This document shows positions 17,937 to 24,383 of a stretch of 32,000 nucleotides of DNA, piece after piece (positions within the stretch are counted from its first letter, which is position 1; each line of letters begins with the position of its first letter). Where the stretch lies: contig NZ_BCZP01000018.1 in the NCBI RefSeq assembly GCF_001598795.1, forward strand, positions 60,001 to 92,000. The letters are read 5' to 3'. The DNA comes from Delftia acidovorans NBRC 14950. GTDB taxonomy: Bacteria > Pseudomonadota > Gammaproteobacteria > Burkholderiales > Burkholderiaceae_C. A program made the translations under genes and the position numbers. Below the pieces are notes generated by a model. The model did no database searches. It saw only the letters and a list, made by a program, of their open reading frames with translations, and was not told the DNA's origin.

Positions 17937-18127
17937 TCCAGCAGGTCGCCGGGCTGGCACTGCAGTGCCTCGCAGATGCGCTCCAGCGTGTCGAAGCGCA
18001 CGCCGCGCACCTTGCCGCTCTTGAGTAGGGAAATATTCTGTTCGGTGATGCCGACCATCTCGGCCAGTTCGCGCGAACGCATCTTGCGGCGCGCCAGCAT
18101 CACATCGAGGTGGACGATGATGGGCAT
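17912..18127 (-). CDS. small Cro/CI-type helix-turn-helix transcriptional regulator (YozG-like, 71 aa)
   Basis: MPIIVHLDVMLARRKMRSRELAEMVGITEQNISLLKSGKVRGVRFDTLERICEALQCQPGDLLEW matches the short XRE-family proteins that pair with DUF2975 genes. The start lies 2 nt after the upstream gene's stop. Confidence 0.8.
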   Translation of the reverse strand: MPIIVHLDVMLARRKMRSRELAEMVGITEQNISLLKSGKVRGVRFDTLERICEALQCQPGDLLEWVAGPEA

Positions 18128-18129
18128 GC

Positions 18130-18678
18130 TCAGACGAATCCCGCGTTCTCGTCGGCGATGCGCCGCGCCTGCAGCATCACATGGGCGATGGAGACCAGCA
18201 CCACGCCGAGCAGGACCAGCAGGCCATCGTGCCAGTACAGGCCCAGCGTGACGAAGCGCTGCCCTGGCGGATTGCCCATGCTGGCCGCCACCGACATCAG
18301 CGCGCGCGTGAAGGGCAGGGCCAGCGCGCCCGCCAGCACCGTCCAGGCAAAGCGCATCAGGGCGTGCTGCGCCTGCTGGCCGAAGACACGGCCCTGCAGG
18401 TATTCGCCGAACAGTGTCCACAACTGGCGCAGCGCATACAGGCCGCAGCCCACGGGCAGCAGGCTGACCAGTGCGGTGCGCCAGCGCGCAGCCATGTCCA
18501 GCGGCTGGCCGGGCGGCATGCCCAGCAGGCCTTCCGCCTGGCCCGAAAGATCTTGCGGCGACAGCAGGGCGGCTGCCGGCAGGGCCAGCAGCGCGACGGC
18601 ACCGAGCGCAATCAGGATGCGCGCCGCCTGGGAGTGGCGCCTCAGGGCGTTGCCCGCGGCGTGGGGCGTATAGTTCAT
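18130..18678 (-). CDS. DUF2975-like integral membrane protein
   Basis: 182 aa with ~4 hydrophobic segments and a C-terminal amphipathic tail (HVMLQARRIADENAGFV). Position immediately upstream of a YozG-type HTH fits the yoaS/yozG-type pair as I recall it. The family call is by context and topology only. Confidence 0.65.
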   Translation of the reverse strand: MNYTPHAAGNALRRHSQAARILIALGAVALLALPAAALLSPQDLSGQAEGLLGMPPGQPLDMAARWRTALVSLLPVGCGLYALRQLWTLFGEYLQGRVFGQQAQHALMRFAWTVLAGALALPFTRALMSVAASMGNPPGQRFVTLGLYWHDGLLVLLGVVLVSIAHVMLQARRIADENAGFV

Positions 18679-18701
18679 GGCACAGCCTTGTATTGATGAA
18701 T

Positions 18702-18734
18702 CGATAAAAAATTATTGTAAAACGATAAAAAATT
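18702..18734. promoter_or_regulatory. two perfect 12-nt direct repeats CGATAAAAAATT spaced 21 bp apart in the 57-bp divergent intergenic region
   Basis: Copies at 18702-18713 and 18723-18734. The second ends 1 nt before the ybaK ATG (18736). This is the only non-coding DNA between the DUF2975 operon and ybaK. Confidence 0.45.
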
Positions 18735-18735
18735 C

Positions 18736-19230
18736 ATGTCCAAGAAAAACTCTCATGTCAGCGAGACACCGGCCACGCAGCTGCTGCGCGCCCACAAGGT
18801 GGAGTTCACCGAGCACCCCTATGAGTACCTGGAACACGGCGGCACCGAGCACAGCGCGGCCAGCCTGGGCCTGGACGAGCACATGGTGGTCAAGACCCTG
18901 GTGATGCAGGACCAGGACGCCAGGCCGCTGATCGTGCTCATGCACGGCGACTGCAAGGTCTCCACCAAGAACCTGGCGCGGCAGATCGGCGCCAAGAGCG
19001 TGGAGCCCTGCAAGCCCGAAGTCGCCAACCGCCACAGCGGCTACCTGGTCGGCGGCACCTCGCCCTTCGGCACGCGCCGCGACATGCAGGTCTATATCGA
19101 AGAGAGCATCCTGGCGCTGCCGCGCATCGCCATCAACGGCGGGCGCCGGGGCTTTCTGGTGCAGCTGGACCCGCAGGTCTGCGTGCAGCTGCTGGATGCA
19201 CGGCCCGTGCACTGCGCGCTGGCAGAATAG
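18736..19230 (+). CDS. ybaK: Cys-tRNA(Pro)/Cys-tRNA(Cys) deacylase YbaK
   Basis: TPATQLLRAHKVEFTEHPYEY, VVKTLVM, SGYLVGGTSPFG and INGGRRGF are typical YbaK/EbsC motifs; 164 aa. Confidence 0.9.
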   Translation: MSKKNSHVSETPATQLLRAHKVEFTEHPYEYLEHGGTEHSAASLGLDEHMVVKTLVMQDQDARPLIVLMHGDCKVSTKNLARQIGAKSVEPCKPEVANRHSGYLVGGTSPFGTRRDMQVYIEESILALPRIAINGGRRGFLVQLDPQVCVQLLDARPVHCALAE

Positions 19231-19398
19231 ATGCCCTGAAGAAATGAACATGACTTGCGCACACGGGAAGGCGGCCACCGCCTCCAACGGGTTCGCGCAG
19301 GTCCTGATGAAAAACATGTGTCGGCGATCAGGGAGGGCGGGCCATCATGGCCGGCCGGATCGCGCGCCGGCGCTCCACAGACCGGCCAAGGACTTCAA

Positions 19399-20079
19399 TT
19401 GAACGCGCTCTACCCCCTTCTCGCCACCGTGGCGGCCTACCTGATCGGCTCGCTGTCGTTCGCCGTCATCGTCAGCCGGGCCATGGGCCTGAATGATCCG
19501 CGCACCTATGGCAGCGGCAACCCCGGTGCCACCAATGTGCTGCGTTCCGGCAGCAAGGCGGCCGCAGCCGTGACCCTGTTGCTGGACGCCGCCAAGGGCT
19601 GGCTGCCCGTGGCCCTGGTGCAATGGTTCGGCAGCCGCTTCGGCCTGGGCGACGGCACGGTGGCCATGGTGGCGCTGGCCGCCTTCCTGGGCCACCTGTA
19701 CCCGGTGTTCTTCCGCTTCAAGGGCGGCAAGGGCGTGGCCACAGCCCTGGGCGTGCTGCTGGGCATCAGCGTCTGGCTGGGCCTGGCGGTGGCGCTGACC
19801 TGGCTGATCATTGCCGTGTTCTTCCGCTATTCCTCGCTGGCGGCCCTGGTGGCATCCGTGTTCGCCCCCGTCTACTACCTCCTGTGCAGTGGCGTGGTCT
19901 GGTATGCCGAGACGCCGATTGCCGCCGCCATCGTCGCCATGGCTGCCCTGCTGATCTGGCGCCACCGCGAGAACATCCAGCGCCTGATGGCCGGCAAGGA
20001 ATCCAGGCTGGGCAGCAAGAAGGCCGACCCGGCAGCCGCCGCGGCCAAGCCCGGCACGGCCAAAGGCAAGCCGCATTGA
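19399..20079 (+). CDS. plsY: glycerol-3-phosphate acyltransferase PlsY
   Basis: TTG 19399 has AAGGA 6 nt upstream and gives [26 protein letters not shown]. Motifs [30 protein letters not shown]. The only upstream in-frame ATG (19255) would add a ~48-aa non-homologous extension. Confidence 0.85.
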   Translation: MNALYPLLATVAAYLIGSLSFAVIVSRAMGLNDPRTYGSGNPGATNVLRSGSKAAAAVTLLLDAAKGWLPVALVQWFGSRFGLGDGTVAMVALAAFLGHLYPVFFRFKGGKGVATALGVLLGISVWLGLAVALTWLIIAVFFRYSSLAALVASVFAPVYYLLCSGVVWYAETPIAAAIVAMAALLIWRHRENIQRLMAGKESRLGSKKADPAAAAAKPGTAKGKPH

Positions 20080-20092
20080 CCGCCGCCACCGC

Positions 20093-20113
20093 GCTGCGCT
20101 CCACGGGCGCAGC
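20093..20113 (+). terminator. hairpin GCTGCGC-tccacgg-GCGCAGC downstream of plsY (candidate terminator, weak T tail)
   Basis: 7-bp perfect stem and 7-nt loop, 14 nt after the plsY stop, followed only by TT. Confidence 0.35.
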
Positions 20114-20177
20114 TTGCGTGAATGGCGTGGCCGGCCAGCCGCGCTCCAGGCCCTCTCACCACTGACGACCTTCCCAC

Positions 20178-21710
20178 ATGGCATCGAGTCCATCGCAGCG
20201 CGTCTACCGCGCACCTTGCCCCGGCTGCGGCGCGCCCGTGGAATTTTCCAGCGCCCAGGCCAGCTACGCCGTCTGCGAGTTCTGCCGCAGCACCGTGGTG
20301 CGCCAGGGCGATGTGCTGCAGCGCCGCGGCTCCATGGCCGAGGTCTTCGAGGACTACAGCCCCCTGCGCATCGGCGCCACGGGCCAGATGCTGCGCAACG
20401 GCAAGCCCGAGCACTTCACCCTGGTCGGGCGGCTGCAACTCAAGAGCGAGGCGGGGGCCTGGAGCGAATGGGTTGCCGCGTTCAGCGATGGTGCGCTGGG
20501 CTTTCTGAGCGAGGACAACGGCCAGTTCGTCTGGTCCTGGCCCTGGGAGGCCGAGGCCCTGCGCAACGGGCCGTTCAAGGCCTCCGACTGGCTGCTGGGC
20601 TCGCAGCGCGTGCTCGGCGGCAAGAGCTTCACGGTCAGCAGCGTGCAGAACGCGCGGCTGGTATCGGCCCAGGGCGAGCTGGCGCAGCTTCCCGAGCCCG
20701 GCACGCCGTACTGGCTGGTGGAGCTGCGCAGCGAGCAGGGCCAGGTCCTGTCCGTGGACTTCTCGGCCCAGCCGCCTGCGCTGAGCCTGGGCGAACGCGT
20801 GGTGCTGGACGACCTCAGGCTGCAGGGCCTGCGCGACGGCGCCTCGCTCAAGGGCGAGCAGGGCAGGCACTTCAACTGCCCCAAGTGCGGCGCCGTGGTG
20901 CCCGTGCGCTTCACCACCACCAAGAGCCTGAGCTGCCCCAGTTGCGGATCGCTGGTGGACCTGAGCCAGGGCATTGGCAAGGAACTGTCCTATGCCGAAC
21001 AGAACGAGCCCGTGCGCCCCGCCATCCCCCTGGGCAGCAAGGGCGCATTGGAAGGCCTGCAATGGCAGGTGGTGGGCTTTCAGCACCGCATGGGCCAGGA
21101 GCCTGGCGACGACGAGAGCTTTGGCTGGGAGGAATACCTGCTGTTCAGCCAGAAGGCCGGCTTCGCCTTCCTGGTCGATTCCTCTGATGGCTGGAGCATG
21201 GCCCGCGTGACCACGGGCGTGCCCAAGCTCTCCAAGAACCGCAGCACGGCCAAGTACATGGGCCGGCAGTACCAGCTTGAATCGCGCTACACGGCCGAGA
21301 CCACCTATGCGCTGGGCGAGTTCTACTGGCCCGTGCAGCGCGGCCAGACCACGCGCAATGTGGACTATGTGAGCGCAGGCGCGCAGAACAAGGCCTTTCT
21401 GGCCAGCGAGACCGAGAACGGCGAGACCACCTGGTCGCATGGCAGCGCCGTCTCGGCCACCACGCTGGCCACGGCCTTCGGCCTCAAGCAGCTGCGGGAC
21501 CGCTCGCAGGTCGGCGTGATGTCGGGCAGCCGCTTCGGCCTGTGGACCATCGTCATCGGCGTGGTCATCCTGTGGCTGGTGTTCGTCATGCTGCGCGGCT
21601 GCATGTCGCGCCCGAACTGCGACCCGAACACCGATCCCAACTGCAACAGCTACACCCGCAGCAGCGGCGGCTCCTGGGGTGGCTACACCTCGGGCGGCAG
21701 CCACAAGTAA
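20178..21710 (+). CDS. DUF4178-type protein: two tandem [zinc ribbon + DUF4178-like] modules, C-terminal TM anchor
   Basis: Module 1: CPGCGAPVEF...CEFCRS then ...PLRIGATGQMLRNGKPEHFTLVGRLQL...WSEWVAAFSDGALGFLSEDNGQFVW. Module 2 (from Cys234, nt 20877): CPKCGAVVPV...CPSCGS then ...LGSKGALEGLQWQVVGFQHRM...WEEYLLFSQKAGFAFLVDSSDGW. TM LWTIVIGVVILWLVFVML, then tail CMSRPNCDPNTDPNCNSY...GGSWGGYTSGGSHK. Confidence 0.8.
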   Translation: MASSPSQRVYRAPCPGCGAPVEFSSAQASYAVCEFCRSTVVRQGDVLQRRGSMAEVFEDYSPLRIGATGQMLRNGKPEHFTLVGRLQLKSEAGAWSEWVAAFSDGALGFLSEDNGQFVWSWPWEAEALRNGPFKASDWLLGSQRVLGGKSFTVSSVQNARLVSAQGELAQLPEPGTPYWLVELRSEQGQVLSVDFSAQPPALSLGERVVLDDLRLQGLRDGASLKGEQGRHFNCPKCGAVVPVRFTTTKSLSCPSCGSLVDLSQGIGKELSYAEQNEPVRPAIPLGSKGALEGLQWQVVGFQHRMGQEPGDDESFGWEEYLLFSQKAGFAFLVDSSDGWSMARVTTGVPKLSKNRSTAKYMGRQYQLESRYTAETTYALGEFYWPVQRGQTTRNVDYVSAGAQNKAFLASETENGETTWSHGSAVSATTLATAFGLKQLRDRSQVGVMSGSRFGLWTIVIGVVILWLVFVMLRGCMSRPNCDPNTDPNCNSYTRSSGGSWGGYTSGGSHK

Positions 21711-21728
21711 ACAACGGAGAAACTGATC

Positions 21729-21947
21729 ATGAACTTCGACTGGTTCAACCCCGCCGCCTTCTTCGGCTCGATCCTCTATGCGCTGGTGGGCGTGGTGGTG
21801 TTCTGGCTGTGCTTCATCATCATCGACAAGATCACGCCCGTGGACATGTGGGCCGAGATCGTCGAGAAGCACAACAAGGCGCTGGCCATGGTGGTGGCCG
21901 CCATGTGCCTGGGCATCAGCATCATCGTCGCTGCCGCCATCCACTGA
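21729..21947 (+). CDS. DUF350 domain-containing small membrane protein (72 aa)
   Basis: GGAG 9 nt upstream, 18 nt after the DUF4178 gene stop. Two hydrophobic helices (FFGSILYALVGVVVFWLCFIII; LAMVVAAMCLGISIIVAAAI) with the DKITP...E...NxA pattern I associate with DUF350/YjfL-type proteins. Confidence 0.75.
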   Translation: MNFDWFNPAAFFGSILYALVGVVVFWLCFIIIDKITPVDMWAEIVEKHNKALAMVVAAMCLGISIIVAAAIH

Positions 21948-22035
21948 ACGGGGCCGCCTGGCCCCCCCGCACTCCCCATCTCCCGCCGACACGCAGCCCG
22001 CCTGAAAAGGTGCGGCTGCGCTGCGCATGGCGGCG

Positions 22036-22052
22036 TTGTTGCGTGGCAACAA
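22036..22052 (+). terminator. perfect hairpin TTGTTGC-gtg-GCAACAA, preceded by a bulged hairpin at 21993-22019; candidate terminator(s) of the DUF4178-DUF350 unit
   Basis: Read directly: 7-bp stem, 3-nt loop, followed by attccttgtt. The upstream GCAGCC(C)GC-ctgaaaaggt-GCGGCTGC is an 8-bp stem with one bulge. Confidence 0.35.
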
Positions 22053-22074
22053 ATTCCTTGTTGATAGTGAGTTT

Positions 22075-22093
22075 GCAAATGATATTCGTTTGC
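22075..22093. promoter_or_regulatory. Fur box-like operator upstream of the TonB-dependent receptor
   Basis: gcaaatgatattcgtttgc matches 13/19 positions of GATAATGATAATCATTATC and sits inside the inverted repeat TGCAAA-N9-TTTGCA (22074-22094). It lies ~45 nt upstream of ATG 22137. A second palindrome, ATTCTA-aa-TAGAAT, is at 22094-22107. Confidence 0.6.
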
Positions 22094-22136
22094 ATTCTAA
22101 ATAGAATCGCCCCCTTCATTCGAAGAGAGGGTTTCC

Positions 22137-24296
22137 ATGACAGACCATCAAGCCGCCCGCAGGGCAAGGCTTTCAGCGGGTGTGACCGCTGGCATCATCA
22201 CCACCGCGCTGGCGGGCGCGGTCCATGCCCAGGAGGCCGCTCCAGCCGTTCCAGCCGATCCGGCCCAGGCACAGACGCAGACGCAGACGCAGCCTCAACA
22301 GGCCCACACCCTGCCCACGCTGCAGGTCAACGCCTCCCAGTACGACCCTGACGACGTGCGCCCCGAAGGCGTGACCACGGCGACCAAGACCTATCTGGCG
22401 CCCAAGGACATCCCGCAGACCATCGATACGCTGGAGGTCAACAAGTACAAGAGCTACGGCATCAACGACCTGGCCACCATGCTGGACGGCGTGCCGGGCG
22501 TGAACACCACCTACGACATGCGTGGCGAGGGCGTGTACATCCGCGGCTTCAAGGCCGACGAGAGCGACATCTACCGCGACGGCGTGCGCGAAAGCGGCCA
22601 GGTGCGCCGCAGCACGGCCAATGTGGAGCGCATCGAGATCCTCAAGGGACCGGCCTCCGTGCTCTACGGCCGCAGCGCGGGCGGCGGCGTGGTCAACATG
22701 GTGAGCAAGCAGGCGCGCTTCGACGCCAAGAGCAGCATCACGCTGCGCGGCGGCTCCTGGGACAACGTGGGCGGCACCATCGACATCAACCGCGTGCTCA
22801 ACGAGAACGTGGCCGTGCGCCTGACGGCCGACCGCGAGCAGGCCCACAGCTTCCGCGAAGGCATACGCAACCGCAACGAGATGGTCTCGCCCAGCATCCT
22901 GGTGGACACCCGCACGGGATGGCGCTGGACCGGCCAGTACACCTATGACAACGTCTGGCGCGTGCCCGATCGCGGTCCGGTCTATGACCAGTTGCCAGCC
23001 GGCGTTTCCATCCGCAAGGGCTTCGCGGCGCCGGGCGACTACGTGGAAGATCGCCTGCGCGTGCTGCGCTCCGACCTGTCCTATGACTTCAACAACCGCT
23101 GGAACCTGCGCTGGGTGGCCAGCAAGCGCGAGGCCAGCCAGGACTTCGACCACTATTTCGCCGGTACCTACCGCGCCGCCACCGGCAAGATCACGCCCAA
23201 CTACGCTTGGCAGCAGACCCGCAACACCACGCTGTCCAACACGCTGGACCTGACGGGCAAGTTCAGCACGGGCAGCATCAAGCACGATCTGCTGGTGGGC
23301 CTGGAGGCCAGCGAGGAAGAGCGCGCGCCGCGCGTCGGCCAGCCCGGCAGCACCTTCTCCTACGATCCGTTCCAGCCCATCGTCTGGCCCAGCCGTCCGG
23401 TGCAGGGCAAGCCGACCCAGGACAACTATCACAAGGGCAAGGGCCAGGCGCTGTACATGCAGGACCTGGTCAGCCTGACCGAGCAGTGGAAGCTGCTGCT
23501 GGGCCTGCGCTACGACAGCTATGACTTCCAGAGCACCAACAAGATCGCCAATCTCACGCGCAAGACCGACGGCAACGGCTTCAGCCCGCGCGTGGGCGTG
23601 GTGTGGCAGCCGGTGCGTGAGCACAGCTTCTATGCGTCCTGGAACAAGAGCTACTCGCCCTATGGCGGCCGCGGCATCCTGACCGTGGAAACCGCCGTGG
23701 GCGCGGTGCCGGACGACGAGCCCCAGTACTCGCGCCAGTCCGAGGTCGGCGTCAAGAGCGACTGGCTCGGCGGTGCGCTGTCCACCCAGGTCTCCGTCTA
23801 CCAGCTGGAGAAGTACAACATCCGCTACCGCCCCGATCCCGAGAACGATCCCTACACCTGGGCCATCCGGGGCAAGGACCGTTCGCGCGGCATCGAGTTC
23901 AGCGCGGCCGGCCGCGTGGCCAGTTCCTGGTATGTGCGAGGCGGCGTGGCCTTCATGGAGGCCAAGGTGGCTGAAGACGCGCAAAACCCCGCCAACGTGG
24001 GCCTGTACCTGCGTGACACGGCCAAGCGCAACGGCAACCTGTTCCTGCGCTATGCGCCCAAGGGCCCCTGGTATGGCGAAGTCGGCGTGACCTACACGGG
24101 CAGCCGCTTCACCAACGCCGCCAACACGGCCCTCCTGCCCGGCTACACGCGCTGGGATGCGCTGGTGGGCTGGCGCCAGGACACCTGGACGGTGACCGTG
24201 GCGCTGTCCAACCTGTTCGACAAGCAGTACTGGCGCTCCAGCTCCATGCCAGGCGCACCGCGCAGCGTTCTGGTCAGCGCCAACTACCAGTTCTGA
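22137..24296 (+). CDS. TonB-dependent (siderophore-type) outer-membrane receptor
   Basis: GAGAGGG SD. Signal peptide ...TALAGAVHAQE. Plug-domain motifs (DIPQTIDTLEV, VYIRGF, VERIEILKGPASVLYGRSAGGGVVNMVSK). Long beta-barrel with C-terminal ...VLVSANYQF. Confidence 0.92.
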   Translation: MTDHQAARRARLSAGVTAGIITTALAGAVHAQEAAPAVPADPAQAQTQTQTQPQQAHTLPTLQVNASQYDPDDVRPEGVTTATKTYLAPKDIPQTIDTLEVNKYKSYGINDLATMLDGVPGVNTTYDMRGEGVYIRGFKADESDIYRDGVRESGQVRRSTANVERIEILKGPASVLYGRSAGGGVVNMVSKQARFDAKSSITLRGGSWDNVGGTIDINRVLNENVAVRLTADREQAHSFREGIRNRNEMVSPSILVDTRTGWRWTGQYTYDNVWRVPDRGPVYDQLPAGVSIRKGFAAPGDYVEDRLRVLRSDLSYDFNNRWNLRWVASKREASQDFDHYFAGTYRAATGKITPNYAWQQTRNTTLSNTLDLTGKFSTGSIKHDLLVGLEASEEERAPRVGQPGSTFSYDPFQPIVWPSRPVQGKPTQDNYHKGKGQALYMQDLVSLTEQWKLLLGLRYDSYDFQSTNKIANLTRKTDGNGFSPRVGVVWQPVREHSFYASWNKSYSPYGGRGILTVETAVGAVPDDEPQYSRQSEVGVKSDWLGGALSTQVSVYQLEKYNIRYRPDPENDPYTWAIRGKDRSRGIEFSAAGRVASSWYVRGGVAFMEAKVAEDAQNPANVGLYLRDTAKRNGNLFLRYAPKGPWYGEVGVTYTGSRFTNAANTALLPGYTRWDALVGWRQDTWTVTVALSNLFDKQYWRSSSMPGAPRSVLVSANYQF

Positions 24297-24320
24297 CGGC
24301 GGAGCCCGAGGCGCTGCGCT

Positions 24321-24359
24321 CCTTCCCGCTTTGCACGGTGTCCGTTGCACGCGGGAAGG
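24321..24359 (+). terminator. 9-bp-stem hairpin CCTTCCCGC-N21-GCGGGAAGG after the receptor stop (terminator or processing/attenuation element, no U tract)
   Basis: Read directly. The loop itself is partly self-complementary (gcacgg/ccgttgc). It starts 25 nt after the stop at 24296 and covers the TTG 24345 candidate start of the next gene. Confidence 0.4.
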
Positions 24360-24383
24360 GGCGCATCGCGCACAATACCGGCC

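Noticed and set aside
19255-19398. ATG 19255 as the plsY start (track ORF of 274 aa).
   Set aside because: It adds ~48 residues ([21 protein letters not shown]...) with no similarity to PlsY N-termini. TTG 19399 has a well-placed AAGGA and gives a canonical PlsY N-terminus.
24345-24383. TTG 24345 as the start of the SpeE-like gene (track start).
   Set aside because: It lies inside the 9-bp-stem hairpin and has no SD. GTG 24384 is just outside the structure. Neither is well supported, so I kept TTG 24345 as an alternative only.
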